From Blastocatellia bacterium (GTDB taxonomy: Bacteria; Acidobacteriota; Blastocatellia; UBA7656), in the NCBI GenBank assembly GCA_963765495.1, contig CAVXWP010000001.1, positions 896,001-960,000 of the forward strand: a stretch of 64,000 bases of DNA, in the 5' to 3' direction. Positions 1 through 11,000 of this stretch are shown in pieces (position 1 is the stretch's first letter; every line of letters starts with the position of its first letter). The position numbers and the translations under genes were made by a program. The notes below the pieces were generated by a model, which was given only the letters and a program-made list of their open reading frames with translations, ran no database searches and was not told where the DNA came from.

Positions 1-2953
1 GTGTGTTGAACACATTGAACCAGTCGAGCTGGAGCTTCAACTGCTTGCTCTCAGACAACTTGATCGGGTAGTACGCGCCGAGGTCGAGCGAGGTCGTCGT
101 CGGAGTGCGTCCGGCTGAGCCTCGCGGAACGGCGAATCCTTCATTGTTGCCGTAGACCGGATGCGGTATCAACTCGTTGATCGGAATCCCCGATTGCGCG
201 CGGAACGATGCGCTCAGCAAGAGAGCAATCGGCGTACGGTAACTGCCGTCGAACTTGAACTGATGCGGGCGGTCATTGGGCAACCGTCCGTAGGTGTTGT
301 TAAGCAGGCTGACGAGATCGAACAGCGAGGTGATATTCGGGTCGGATTGCCCGTTGTCGTTACGGAACAACCCTTCGTAGTTGCCGATCAGGCTTGAGTA
401 GGTGTAAGAAGCGATGAACTGATAGTTATCGCGGAAGTTCTTTTGCGCATTGATGACGAGCGCGCGATAGTAGCGGCGGGCGCGGCCAAAGCATCCCACA
501 TCGGGGTTGGCGCAGGCCAATCGCTCAGTTTCGCTTTCGCCCGGATTGAACAGGAAGTAATTGTTGCCGTCATCGAACGAACCGTCTTCGATAACGTGAC
601 CCTGTGCGCGGTAGATTCCTCGAACGCCGAGCACCAGGTCTTTCATCACTCCATATTCGAGTCCGACGGTCGCTTCGTGCACTGTCTGCGGTTTGATGTC
701 GAAATCTATCGGTGTTGCGGAAGCGCCAAGATTTACGCCGCCAATGGTCGGATCAGCGCTGATTCCCGGAATGACGGTCGCATTCGAAGGAGCGTTGAGC
801 CGGTTTACGTTGAAGTTCTTGTCGGTCTGGCTGTCGCCGCCGCCTGCTCGCACGTTGATGTCGAGCGGAATGGGCGTTTCGACGTAGTAGGCGTAGTTTG
901 CAAAGAGCTTGCTTCGCCCGTCGCCGAGGAAGTCCCAGCTAAAGCCGACGCGTGGCTGCATGTTGTACCAGAATTTGTCGAGCTTCAGATACGCGTCGCC
1001 ATCGGCGTTATAGGCTTGCTGGAAGTCCCAGCGCAGTCCGCCGATGAGCAGGAAGTTTGGTGTTACCTTCCAATCATCCTGAACATAGAAGCTCTCGGTG
1101 TTGGAGTGTGTGTCGGCATTGAGCTTGAAATCACGAACACGCACGGAACTCAAAACCAGGAAAGGATTGTGCAGCGCCTCCTCAGGCGTGATCGATCCCT
1201 GTACGGCTCCGGCAAACCCTGCCTGTGCCGCAATCAGATTTGCCCGACCCACCGCAGTTGCGCTCGGGCAGACGATCTGGTTGCCGCGCGTAGTGCAGAC
1301 GAGGAATCGGTTGCTGATGCGAACGCCGTTTGTCTGGTTGACATCCGAACCGTTGATGAAGTCCAGCCCCAGCGGGTTCCCGTAGGTATTCGCGGCGCCG
1401 GTTGAGGTCGTGCCGATGTTATATGTGTTACGACCGTATTCAAAGCCGTACTTGATTGTGTGCGGACCGAAATTATTTGCGAGCTTTGCAGCAAATTCAT
1501 AACGGTTGCGGTCTTGATTTCCAAAGAGGCCGAAGCCCTGATCTACGAAATTGCGATCAAGTGTGCCTCCTCCGCCCGGTGCCCTTACATACGAGACTAA
1601 GAGCCCCAGGCTGGTCTGCGCATTGGTTTGCGTAGGAGTGATGACCTGACCATTCTTTACGATGTTAAACGTATCGGCGACAAGCGGTATATCCGCCACG
1701 TCGGCGCTCGGAATGGTGTTGAACCTCTGGAAATGGAGACCGAATGAAAATTCGCCGATCATATTCGGCGTAAAGCTCGAATTGAGGCGAAAAGCGTAGT
1801 TATGGCCGCCTCTTTCAATCGTTCCATCGAAGCTGTTGACGTTAGCGCCAAACCCCGAGCCGCCAAACAGGAACCCTTCTTCCTTGTTGAAATCACCAAA
1901 GGTCGAAAAGGTGAAGGTGTGATTCTGGCTGATCGAGTAGGTGAGTTTGCCCGCGTAAAACGGCGTAGTCACCTTGTTTTCAACTTCGTCGCGGAAGGTC
2001 TGTGTAAGGAAGAAATTCTTGCGACGCTGGGGATTGAACGCGCCAAAGAACCAGAGACGGTCTTTGATGATCGGGCCGCCAACGTCCACGCCTGCGTCTA
2101 CTTCCGAAAAACCGTCAGGAGCAGAGCCTGTGAACGGGAAATTCTTGGTGTCTCGAACGAAGCTCTTCGCGGAGAAATAAGCAAACGCATCGCCGTGGAA
2201 CTCATTGCCGCCGCTCTTGGTGATGACGTTAAAGATTCCACCGGTCGCCTTGCCGTACTCAGCGCCAAACGCGCCGGTCTTGATCTCGACTTCCTGCACG
2301 AATTCAAACGGCAGGTTCGCTCCCGAACCGCCAAAGGCCGGGTCGGTCGTGTTGACCCCATCGAGGATGTAGTTGTTTTCGGGACCGGAAGCGCCGCCAA
2401 CCGACGGATCACGGTCGCGACCCGAAGAATCGCGCAGCCCTGAGCGCGCAACTGTCGGTGCTATTGTGTATAGCGACTGGACCGTGCGTTGTGTCGGGAA
2501 GTTTGAAAACTGCTCGGTGGAAACGTTCGTCCCGGTAGTGTTGCTGGTCGCGTCGATAACATCACCAGCCGTAGCCGTGACCGTCACGCTTTCAGCAGAG
2601 CCTTCCGGGCGAAGAGTTATCTCAACCGTAGAAGTTTTTGACAGATTCACTTCCACGTCCGTACGCTCGAACCGGGCAAATCCCTGTGCCGCTTCGATTG
2701 CAACGCTATATCTTCCTGGAGGGAGATTCGCTATTCTGTAGCTACCATCACTGTTGGTCGTAGCCGATTGAGAGCGAATAAGGTTTGGACTTGTAACTAC
2801 TACCACTGCTCCCGGCACAACCGCGCCGTTAGCATCGGTTACGGTGCCTTCTATGGTGCCCGTCGTTGACGTTTGCGCAAATGCACTCATCCCGGGGAGC
2901 GCAATGAACAAAGCCAGCATCACGGCGAACACTCTGACAGAGTACTTCTTCAT
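1..2953 (-). CDS. TonB-dependent receptor with N-terminal carboxypeptidase-regulatory-like domain (3' end runs off the window)
   Basis: Absent from the ORF track, presumably because no stop lies in the window. Manual translation from ATG 2953 (AGGAGA RBS upstream): MKKYSVRVFAVMLALFIALPGMSAFAQTSTTGTIEGTVTDANGAVVPGA...NLPPGRYSV...GPENNYILDGVNTTDPAFGG...VQEVEIKTGAFGAEYGKATGGIFNVITKSGGNEFHG, a typical Oar-like receptor signature. Confidence 0.9.
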   Translation of the reverse strand, partial: MKKYSVRVFAVMLALFIALPGMSAFAQTSTTGTIEGTVTDANGAVVPGAVVVVTSPNLIRSQSATTNSDGSYRIANLPPGRYSVAIEAAQGFARFERTDVEVNLSKTSTVEITLRPEGSAESVTVTATAGDVIDATSNTTGTNVSTEQFSNFPTQRTVQSLYTIAPTVARSGLRDSSGRDRDPSVGGASGPENNYILDGVNTTDPAFGGSGANLPFEFVQEVEIKTGAFGAEYGKATGGIFNVITKSGGNEFHGDAFAYFSAKSFVRDTKNFPFTGSAPDGFSEVDAGVDVGGPIIKDRLWFFGAFNPQRRKNFFLTQTFRDEVENKVTTPFYAGKLTYSISQNHTFTFSTFGDFNKEEGFLFGGSGFGANVNSFDGTIERGGHNYAFRLNSSFTPNMIGEFSFGLHFQRFNTIPSADVADIPLVADTFNIVKNGQVITPTQTNAQTSLGLLVSYVRAPGGGGTLDRNFVDQGFGLFGNQDRNRYEFAAKLANNFGPHTIKYGFEYGRNTYNIGTTSTGAANTYGNPLGLDFINGSDVNQTNGVRISNRFLVCTTRGNQIVCPSATAVGRANLIAAQAGFAGAVQGSITPEEALHNPFLVLSSVRVRDFKLNADTHSNTESFYVQDDWKVTPNFLLIGGLRWDFQQAYNADGDAYLKLDKFWYNMQPRVGFSWDFLGDGRSKLFANYAYYVETPIPLDINVRAGGGDSQTDKNFNVNRLNAPSNATVIPGISADPTIGGVNLGASATPIDFDIKPQTVHEATVGLEYGVMKDLVLGVRGIYRAQGHVIEDGSFDDGNNYFLFNPGESETERLACANPDVGCFGRARRYYRALVINAQKNFRDNYQFIASYTYSSLIGNYEGLFRNDNGQSDPNITSLFDLVSLLNNTYGRLPNDRPHQFKFDGSYRTPIALLLSASFRAQSGIPINELIPHPVYGNNEGFAVPRGSAGRTPTTTSLDLGAYYPIKLSESKQLKLQLDWFNVFNT

Positions 2954-3078
2954 CTAGAGTTCTCCTATATTTGGTTAATTGATCCTTCTACTTTGAGATT
3001 CCCACACGGTTGGAATCTTATTCCTCACAATGATTGTGAGACATGGAAATCATCTGAATCCACTATGTTAAATACTTT

Positions 3079-3093
3079 GCAAGCACCAGTCCA
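3079..3093 (-). promoter_or_regulatory. Possible sigma54 (-24/-12) promoter for the TonB receptor gene
   Basis: Minus strand reads TGGACTGGTGCTTGC: GG-N10-GC with the TTGC box, but the -24 box deviates from TGGCAC. Confidence 0.4.
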
Positions 3094-3210
3094 TTGATTG
3101 GCACAATGTATGAATGGGGGTCTGTAAACCGCTGTAAACGCAAGGGTAAGCCTGCTGCGGCAAAAGGAAGAGAAGCTACGAAACGCTCAAGAAACAAAAT
3201 GAGAAAATAG

Positions 3211-3237
3211 GAAATTATGGATAATATCCATAATTTC
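3211..3237. promoter_or_regulatory. Perfect 27-bp palindrome, candidate transcription-factor site
   Basis: GAAATTATGGATA-A-TATCCATAATTTC: 13-bp arms with a 1-nt spacer in an AT-rich intergenic region. Confidence 0.5.
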
Positions 3238-3388
3238 GGAGATCAATATTAGATTCAATTTTTTGAATCTGCCGAACTCGAATTCATGAATCTTTGTTCC
3301 GGCAGATGGATAGCCCTTTGGCGCGGCAAGGGTGGAAAGTCGAGCCGTCCAGTTTCATTTGTTTCCAGGTTTTGACCTGGAGGCGCAT

Positions 3389-5164
3389 CTACTTCCTGCC
3401 TGTTGAATCCCTCCGCCCGGCGCCTTCTTTTATAGTCACGATCTGGTTGGCCGCGATGTCTTTTATAGTCTCTTTCTCCCCGTTCGGCCAGCGTATCTCT
3501 ATCTGATCGGCCTGCTTGTTTACGCCCAGACCGAAATGCAGCCGCAGGTCGTTGTGCGAATAATAACTCGACTGGCTCGTGACTTCCTGAGTCGCGATGC
3601 CCGTTTGGGTCTTCAATACGACGCGAGCGCCTATGGCCGAACGGTTCGATTTCGTGCCAACAAGCTTCAGCTTGAGCCAGTTGTTTGCCGCGCGGCTCTT
3701 TGAGCTTATTAAGTCGTTGCGCAGCAGCGACGGCGGCTCGTTCATATTCATAATCAGAACGTCTATGTCACCGTCGTTATCGAAATCACCAAAGGCGCAA
3801 CCCCGGCTCGAATGCGGGGTGGTCACTCCCGGTCCGCTTTGGGCCGAAACGTCTTTGAAGCGTCCATTGCCCAGATTTTGATAGACAAGGCGCGGGCTTT
3901 CGTGCGGGTATTCTTTGAATAATTTTTCAACCTCTGGATAGACGTTCCCCGTGACGGTCAGGATGTCGGGCCATCCGTCGTTGTCGAGGTCCACCATCCC
4001 CGTCCCCCATTGAATGTAGCGCGTGTGGTCGAACCCGGCGGCCCTGGATGCGTCTTCGAAAAAGCCGCGCTCGTTGTTTTTGTACAGCACCGGCAGATCG
4101 TCGGCAAAATGCGTCTTGAATATATCGGGGCGTCCGTCACCGTTGTAATCGCCTACGGTTACACCCATGCCTGCCTGCGGCTGTCCGTCTTCGTTATAGG
4201 CCGCGCCCGTCTCAAGCGCCACGTCGCTGAAGGTGTTGTCCCGGTTGTTGCGATAAAGAATGCTTGCCGTCGAATCACAGGCCACATAGATGTCGGGCCA
4301 CCCGTCGTCGTTATAATCGGTCACGATGGCCGTCATCGAATAATGATTCTTCACCTTGCCGACGCCCGAGGCGTCCGTCACATCGACGAATGTGCCGGAG
4401 CCTGTGTTGTGATACAAAAGATTCGTATCGGTCGGCAGTCCTTTGGGCCCGCAATTGACCGGCACGCCTTTCCAGAGACAATTAGGGCCTTTGCCCGGCT
4501 CAGGCACCTTATCAGGGTCGAAGATCAAATAATTCGCCACGAACAGATCGAGTTTGCCGTCGCGGTCATAATCAATAAACGTGCAGCCCGACCCCCATCG
4601 CGTCCCTTTTGTCGAAAGCCCGGCCTTCGATGTGACATCGGTGAATTTGCCGTTGCCGTCATTGTGATAAAGCGCATTCTGCCCCCAGTAGGTTATAAAC
4701 AAATCGTCGTATCCGTCATTGTCGTAATCGCCCGCGCAGACTGCCGATGCCCATCCGGTTCGAGCGAGCCCCGATTGCGCGGTCACGTCTTTGAAAGTGC
4801 CGTCGCGGTTGTTTCGATACAGGCGGTTGGTAGGAGGGCTGCCTTTTGGAAAGCCTTCGAGGCGGGTTCCCGCGAGCAGGAAAATATCCATCCAACCGTC
4901 GTTGTCATAATCCGTAAAGGCTACGCCGCAGCCGTTTGTCTCGATGATATATTTCTTTTTATCGACGCCGCCGTATATGATCGGCTCGACAAGACCCGCG
5001 CTCGCCGCTACGTCTGTGAGCGTGACCGCAAAATCGCCCGCGCTCTTTTCACTCTCTCGCTTTTCACCCTCTCGCGTTTGAGCCGTGTTGCGGGCGGAAG
5101 CAATCGAGTTTAAGGGGATAGCGGTTAAGGCCAGCGCGCCTGCCAGCAGGGATATGGTAAGCAT
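3389..5164 (-). CDS. CRTAC1-family protein (FG-GAP/VCBS repeats plus C-terminal ASPIC/UnbV domain)
   Basis: Repeated DYDNDG.DL motifs and C-terminal SNRSAIGARV...LHFGLG...IEIRWP. Start placed at MLTISLLAG (signal peptide); the longer track start overlaps the upstream gene. Confidence 0.88.
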   Translation of the reverse strand: MLTISLLAGALALTAIPLNSIASARNTAQTREGEKRESEKSAGDFAVTLTDVAASAGLVEPIIYGGVDKKKYIIETNGCGVAFTDYDNDGWMDIFLLAGTRLEGFPKGSPPTNRLYRNNRDGTFKDVTAQSGLARTGWASAVCAGDYDNDGYDDLFITYWGQNALYHNDGNGKFTDVTSKAGLSTKGTRWGSGCTFIDYDRDGKLDLFVANYLIFDPDKVPEPGKGPNCLWKGVPVNCGPKGLPTDTNLLYHNTGSGTFVDVTDASGVGKVKNHYSMTAIVTDYNDDGWPDIYVACDSTASILYRNNRDNTFSDVALETGAAYNEDGQPQAGMGVTVGDYNGDGRPDIFKTHFADDLPVLYKNNERGFFEDASRAAGFDHTRYIQWGTGMVDLDNDGWPDILTVTGNVYPEVEKLFKEYPHESPRLVYQNLGNGRFKDVSAQSGPGVTTPHSSRGCAFGDFDNDGDIDVLIMNMNEPPSLLRNDLISSKSRAANNWLKLKLVGTKSNRSAIGARVVLKTQTGIATQEVTSQSSYYSHNDLRLHFGLGVNKQADQIEIRWPNGEKETIKDIAANQIVTIKEGAGRRDSTGRK

Positions 5165-5231
5165 GCGAATGGGTGTGAAGGAGAGTCCCTGTTTTATTGC
5201 TGACGGCACTTGAAAACCTGTTTTTGAAGAC

Positions 5232-6296
5232 TTATCTGTCGGAGCCTGTTCGCAATCGGTCGGCAAGCTCAAACTCTTTTTTTGCTTCTTCGGCTTTATT
5301 CCCCTGCTGAAGCACCTGTGCGAGCAGGTGATGACCAGAGTAGTTATTAGGGTCCATCTGTAGCGCACGTCTGAGCAGCGCCTCTGCATTGGCGAGGTCG
5401 CCCTTCTTAAGATAAACCTTTCCGAGCACGATGTAAGGCCCGCTAAAGAACGGGTTCAACCAGATCGATTTTTGAAGCGGCGCGCGGGCTTCATCCCATT
5501 TGAGCTGGCGCGTGTAGGCTTCGCCGAGCATGTAATAGGCCATCGCAAATCCCGGATTGATCTCGATCTCTTTCTTTAAAAGCTCTATTCCGGCGTCGAG
5601 GTTGGCCTTGTAAACAGCCATCTCGCCGAGCAGAAAATGGACCTGCGGCAGACGCGGGTCCAACTCGAGCGCGCGTTCGAGCTCCTTTTCGGCATACTCT
5701 TCGAATTGCTGTCTTATCATCATCTGGGCATTCAGCAGATAGGCAGATGCCGAGTCGGGCGCAACTCCGTACATACGGGCAAAGGATTTGCGCGCGCCCT
5801 CAGGGTTATGGTCCTGAATGTGGCTGACGCCAAGCACATAGGCTATCTCTACGTTGTCGGGGTCCCACGTCATGACCTGTTCGAGATAGGGGATGGCCTC
5901 TTTTATGTGCCCCAGAAAGTAATGCGACATTCCGAGCAACTGCACGCTTCCCTGATATTGCTTGCTGTCGACGAGCGCCTGCTTCACGGCGAGCGTGAGG
6001 TACTGGACCGCATTTGTATAATCTGTCTTTTGATAATAGGCGAGTCCAAGCAGATGATTTATCTGCAAGGCGTTCAATTCGGTTTTCGGGATGCCTGAGA
6101 GCAGCTTTATAACTTCGTCGGGTTTACCATCGCTCAAAAGTTTCTGCGCCTGCTGGATCGAGGCGGCGTCGGATTGAATCGGTTCCTGCCCCTTCTGATC
6201 CTGATTGGTTTGAGTTTGCGCCGAGGGTTGCGCAAAGGCAGGCGATGCCCCCGCGCACAAGAAAAACAGCAGATATGAGACCCTTATTATTGACAT
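5232..6296 (-). CDS. Secreted tetratricopeptide-repeat protein
   Basis: Signal peptide (ASPAFA-Q) followed by multiple TPR-like units, e.g. AYYMLGEAY and ALLRRALQMDP. Confidence 0.88.
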   Translation of the reverse strand: MSIIRVSYLLFFLCAGASPAFAQPSAQTQTNQDQKGQEPIQSDAASIQQAQKLLSDGKPDEVIKLLSGIPKTELNALQINHLLGLAYYQKTDYTNAVQYLTLAVKQALVDSKQYQGSVQLLGMSHYFLGHIKEAIPYLEQVMTWDPDNVEIAYVLGVSHIQDHNPEGARKSFARMYGVAPDSASAYLLNAQMMIRQQFEEYAEKELERALELDPRLPQVHFLLGEMAVYKANLDAGIELLKKEIEINPGFAMAYYMLGEAYTRQLKWDEARAPLQKSIWLNPFFSGPYIVLGKVYLKKGDLANAEALLRRALQMDPNNYSGHHLLAQVLQQGNKAEEAKKEFELADRLRTGSDR

Positions 6297-7393
6297 ACTT
6301 GCTTGATCCGATTAGCGCCGCAGGATTCGCGGACTATGAGTTTGCAGGAGAGGAAGATTTCGCGGACCGGCATGTCCGGTTGCGTGATGCGCTCTATCAT
6401 TGCTTTCATAGCGGCAGCGCCTATGTGGCGGCAAGGTTGCTGCAATGTCGTCAGCGGTACGCGCAAAAGCCTCGCATATTTGACATCGTCAATCCCGACG
6501 ATGCCCACATCTGCCGGGAGCTTTACGCCCAGCCCGTCGAAGGTGTGCATCAGGTTTGCCGCCGTATGGTCGTTTGCGCAGACAAAGGCTTCGGCTCCTG
6601 TCTTTTCCAGCATCTGTGAAACAAAGGCGCGGTCTGAGGGGTCGCCTCGGCATATCCACTTGCAATCGGGATTTATGCGGTACTGGCGCAGCGCGTCATA
6701 ATAGCCCGCCAGTCGGCTTTCAACGGTCTCGGCCGAATCGGGCCGCCCAAAGAAGGCTACGCGTCGGCATCCGAGCTTCAGCAGGTGCTCGGTTACGATG
6801 TATCCGGCGCGGCGGTTGTTTATGCCTACCAGATCAAAGTGACTGCGGCGCGGATACTCGTAGATGTCGCGGTCGAGCAGGACCACTGGTATTTGCGCGC
6901 GGTCCAGGGCATCGAGGATGCGGCGGTTCACTTTATCTTTGTGCGGGGTCAGTTCAAGCGGCGCAAAAAAGACGCCCGATACCTTTCTAATTATGTACTG
7001 CTCGCAGAGGCGTTCGGCCATCTCTTCCTTGTCGTATGCCTCGTCGGTCGTATCTCCCCAGAGCAATGCGTGAGGGGTAGCCTCGGAATAGCGAGACATT
7101 TCCCGGCAGATGGGTTCGAATATCTCGGTCTCGCCCAGTCCCGGGATGATGAGCCCAAACAGGTCGCTGCGCAGGAGAGGAATCTGGCGAACAAAGGTGC
7201 CTGAGCCCACGCGCCTTTCTATCAATCCCTTGTGTTGCAGGTCGCGCAGGGCACGCGCTACGGTTGGTCTTGATGTTGAAAACTGTTCGACAAGCTCGGC
7301 CTCGCTTGGCAGCCGCTCTCCCTGTTTGTACTCGCCGCTCGTGATGGCGCGATGCAATTCGTTGAAGATGCCTGTGTGTTTTGCTTTCTTCAT
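6287..7393 (-). CDS. GntR-family regulator with LacI-type sugar-sensing domain (AraR-like architecture)
   Basis: N-terminal wHTH (RLPSEAELVEQFSTSRPTVARAL...RRVGSGTFV) and C-terminal LacI-type domain (CAND..A, VGIDD, PLTTLQQP, LIVRESCG). Confidence 0.9.
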   Translation of the reverse strand: MKKAKHTGIFNELHRAITSGEYKQGERLPSEAELVEQFSTSRPTVARALRDLQHKGLIERRVGSGTFVRQIPLLRSDLFGLIIPGLGETEIFEPICREMSRYSEATPHALLWGDTTDEAYDKEEMAERLCEQYIIRKVSGVFFAPLELTPHKDKVNRRILDALDRAQIPVVLLDRDIYEYPRRSHFDLVGINNRRAGYIVTEHLLKLGCRRVAFFGRPDSAETVESRLAGYYDALRQYRINPDCKWICRGDPSDRAFVSQMLEKTGAEAFVCANDHTAANLMHTFDGLGVKLPADVGIVGIDDVKYARLLRVPLTTLQQPCRHIGAAAMKAMIERITQPDMPVREIFLSCKLIVRESCGANRIKQVCQ

Positions 7394-7636
7394 TGCGAAC
7401 CGGTAAGAATATTACTTCCACTGGTGTCTTCGGGAAAATTGGCAACCTGATATTACAACTTATGGGCGGCGCGTTCAATGAATTCTTTTCCCGCCTGTCC
7501 GGGGGAACCTCTCTTGCGCGTCTCTTATGCGCGTGAAAGCACTCAAATAAAGGGCTTAATTACTGGAAAGCGATGCTGAAATCAATAGCGATATAGCCAG
7601 TCAGAGGTAGATCGCCCGCGCTTAGACCATCTATTC

Positions 7637-7665
7637 TTGACAGTCTCCCGGCAATTTGATATAGC
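7637..7665 (+). promoter_or_regulatory. sigma70-type promoter upstream of the TonB receptor operon
   Basis: TTGACA (7637-7642), 17-nt spacer, TATAGC (7660-7665) with an extended -10 TG. Confidence 0.55.
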
Positions 7666-7933
7666 ATATACCCCGTTTTATTTTACATATTTAGGAGTCA
7701 GTTCCGGCGGGCAACTGTTTTACCCAATCCCTTGGCAGTTTTTGAGCGTTACGTATCACAGATGCCCCGAATCGTTTCTCAGGTAAAAACCAGGGTGATT
7801 AATTGCCCCCTAACTTCGTCATTATAAAGATGCGGCCGTCCTGATACGATAATATTTGATCCTGGCGCAGGCGTCCGGGAAGGCACTAAATTAGAGGCAT
7901 AGTTTAGTAAGGTTGCTCAACGAAGGAAACCCC

Positions 7934-8024
7934 TTGAGGAGAACTCATTGAGGGGAACTCATTGAGAGCCGGTTTTTGAAATAGGACCAGAGGCCAAAAC
8001 TCAGAAGCTCAAAACTCAGAAGCT
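7934..8024 (+). repeat. Two short tandem duplications in the 5' leader
   Basis: TTGAGGAGAACTCA/TTGAGGGGAACTCA/TTGAG (7934-7966, period 14) and perfect CAAAACTCAGAAGCT x2 (7995-8024). Confidence 0.8.
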
Positions 8025-8039
8025 ATGGAGGCACCAACA

Positions 8040-11000
8040 ATGCAAAAAAGCAAGTTATTAATGCTTGTATGCAGCCTTGCGTTAGTACTGTCTGCGCTCT
8101 CCGCAAACAGTATGGCGCAAGCTGTTTATGGGAGCATAATCGGTTCGGTTACTGACCCGCAGGGGGCCGCAATCGTAGGCGCGACGGTAACCGTTACCGA
8201 CCTGACTAAGAATATCTCCACAACCGTGCAGACCAATGAATCAGGCAACTACACCGTAACACACCTCATTCCTGGTCAGTACAGCATTAAAATTGAAGCG
8301 GAGGGTTACAAGAGTACAAACCAGGAAGTCCAGGTAAAGGCCGATGTTGCCGCACGCACGGACTTCGGGTTAGAGGTCGGAGCGGTGACTGAACAGGTCA
8401 CTATATCGGCCACTGCCGAAAACCTTTCTCTGAAGACTGACCGCGCCGATGTTGCTACAACCTTCAGCGCACGGCAACTTGAGGAATTACCCATTCTCGA
8501 CCGCAACTTCACAAAGTTTCTGTTGCTCACGCCCGGCACACAACAGCTCGGCTGGCAGCACGCCTCAAGCGAGAACCCGCAAGGCTCGGTTCAGATCATG
8601 GTAAACGGGCAGCACTTCAGCGGGACCTCATTCCAACTCGACGGCACTGACAATCAGGATCCGATCTTGGGAATCATCGTCATCAACCCGACGCTTGAGT
8701 CTGCAATCGAATCTAAGATAACAACTCAAAATTATGACGCGGAGTTTGGCCTGGCCATAGCCGGTATTGTTACAGCGCAGACCAAATCCGGGAGCAACGA
8801 TTTTCATGGAAGCCTGTTTGAGTTCCGGCGCAATGACGAAACATCGGCGCGCAATCCCTTCTCGCAATCCACGGTGAACTCACTTACGGGCAAGGCAATC
8901 CCCGATACGCTCTGGAATCAGTTTGGCGGCTCGGCCGGTTATCGAATCAAGAAGGACAAGAACTTCATATTCGGCGACTTTCAGGGCACGCGCCGCAAGA
9001 ACGGCGGTTCAATACTGACGACCGTTCCGACGGCAAGGGCGCGCACGGGTGATTTGAGCGAGTATGGCAGAACTATCTATGACCCGCTGACGGGTTCTGC
9101 AAACGGCGTTGGGCGCTCGGCATTTGCCGGAGCGCGCGTCCCGTCCAATCGTCTATCGCCGCAGGCTTTGACACTGATCAATCTGCTGCCGCTGCCAAAC
9201 CTGCCCGGGATAGAGAATAATTACACGGCGTCCGGTATCGAAGCGTTCAACAGTGATCAGTTCAACGTTCGCGACGATCACTACTGGAGCGAGAAACTGC
9301 ACATCTTTGGTCGCTACAGCTTTGCGCGCTATGATAAATCAGGACCGGGCGCATTCGGGACGCTGCTTGGCGGTCCCGCCTTCGACAATATTTTCTTCTC
9401 CGGCACTTCATCGGTTCGCAATCAGTCAATTGCTGGTGGCTTCGACTACACTGTGAGCACGAAGACGATCACGGACTTCCGATTCGGTTTCTTCCGTTAT
9501 CGAGTTGCCGTGCTTCCGGGCGGCGTAGGAACAACGCCAGCGGCTGATGCAGGCGTGCCGGGCCTAAACGTTGACGACTTCTTCACCTCCGGCATGCCCG
9601 ATTTCGGGATACGCGGAGTCGGCGGATTCAAGTTCGGCTATTCGCTTGATGTCAATCAGTGCAACTGCCCGCTTGATCAGCAGGAACAACAATTCCAGTT
9701 TGTCAACAACTGGAGCTTTATCCGCGCCAACCACACCTATAAGACTGGTGCTGATATTCGTTATGCAATGAATCTGCGTGTTCCTTCGGACGCGCATCGC
9801 GCCGGGCAGTTGCGATTCGAGCCGAGTCGGACCTCGGATTTCAACGCGGACGGCACGATCAATGATGAAGGGCTGGGAATAGCTACGTTCCTTCTTGGTG
9901 ATGTCAGCAGCTTCCAGCGTTACGTAGGCAGAACCACAAGCGCGGCCGAAAGACAGCGCCGATGGTTTTTCTACGGCCAGGACACCTGGCGCGCGACCCA
10001 GAAACTCACAGTCAATTACGGTCTGCGCTGGGAGTTGATATTCCCTGAAAGAGTTAAGCAAGATGGTGACGGAAGCCTGCTCAACCTCGAAAGCGGGGAC
10101 CTGTTTGTAGGCGGAGTCGGCGATGTCAACCGCCATTTCAATGTCAAGCCCACTTACAAGGCATTCGCGCCGCGACTCGGCATAGCTTACCAGTGGTCGG
10201 ACAAGACCGTTATTCGGGCAGGCTATGGCCGCAGCTTTGACATAGGCGTGTTTGGCTCTCTGTTTGGTCATACAGTCACCCAGAACCTGCCGGTTCTTTC
10301 GGCTCAGGACCTCTCGACATCGGGCTTCAACCGGGTATTCACTCTCAACTCGGGGCCGCCACCTCCGATCTTCCTCGACGTGCCTTCCGATGGTCGTCTG
10401 CCTTTGCCAAACGGCGTATTTGCGCGGGCACGCCCCTTCACTCAGAGACTACCCACGGTTGATGCCTGGAACATAACGGTTCAGCATCAGTTGTGGAATA
10501 ATACTTCGGTTGAAGCCGGTTACGTGGGCAACAAGGGAACACACGTGTTCGCCGGTAATGGCCCGGCCTTTAACATCAATCAGCCCATCAGTGATCTATC
10601 TCAGCCGAATGCTGATCTTCGCAAGCCGTTCTTCAGCAATTACGGATGGACACAGGGGATAGACTTCTTCTGCAACTGCGCCGACAACCGTTATAACGCA
10701 TTGCAGACGAAGTTCGAGACCCGTTTCGGCGGCCTCTCGATACTGGCCCACTATACGCTCGCGGCGGCAAGATTCAATGACGCCGATTACTTTATCTATG
10801 ACAGATCGGTGGGTCGCGGACCGACCGATGAAGACCGAAAACATGTCTTCCTCTTCTCCAACGTGTGGGATCTGCCGATTGGTCGCGGCAAGGCACTTTT
10901 GGGGAACTCTTCCAAGACAGTCGACCTCATACTTGGTGGCTGGCAGCTAAACACTATAACCACCTGGCAGAGCGGTCTGCCGTTCACCCCGGCCGTATCG

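Noticed and set aside
161-2741. Plus-strand ORFs 443-1405, 1802-2443 and others
   Set aside because: Antisense shadows of the minus-strand TonB receptor (1-2953), which the track omitted.
7934-8024. Short direct repeats as a possible CRISPR array
   Set aside because: Units are 14-15 nt, abut without unique spacers, and no cas genes are present.
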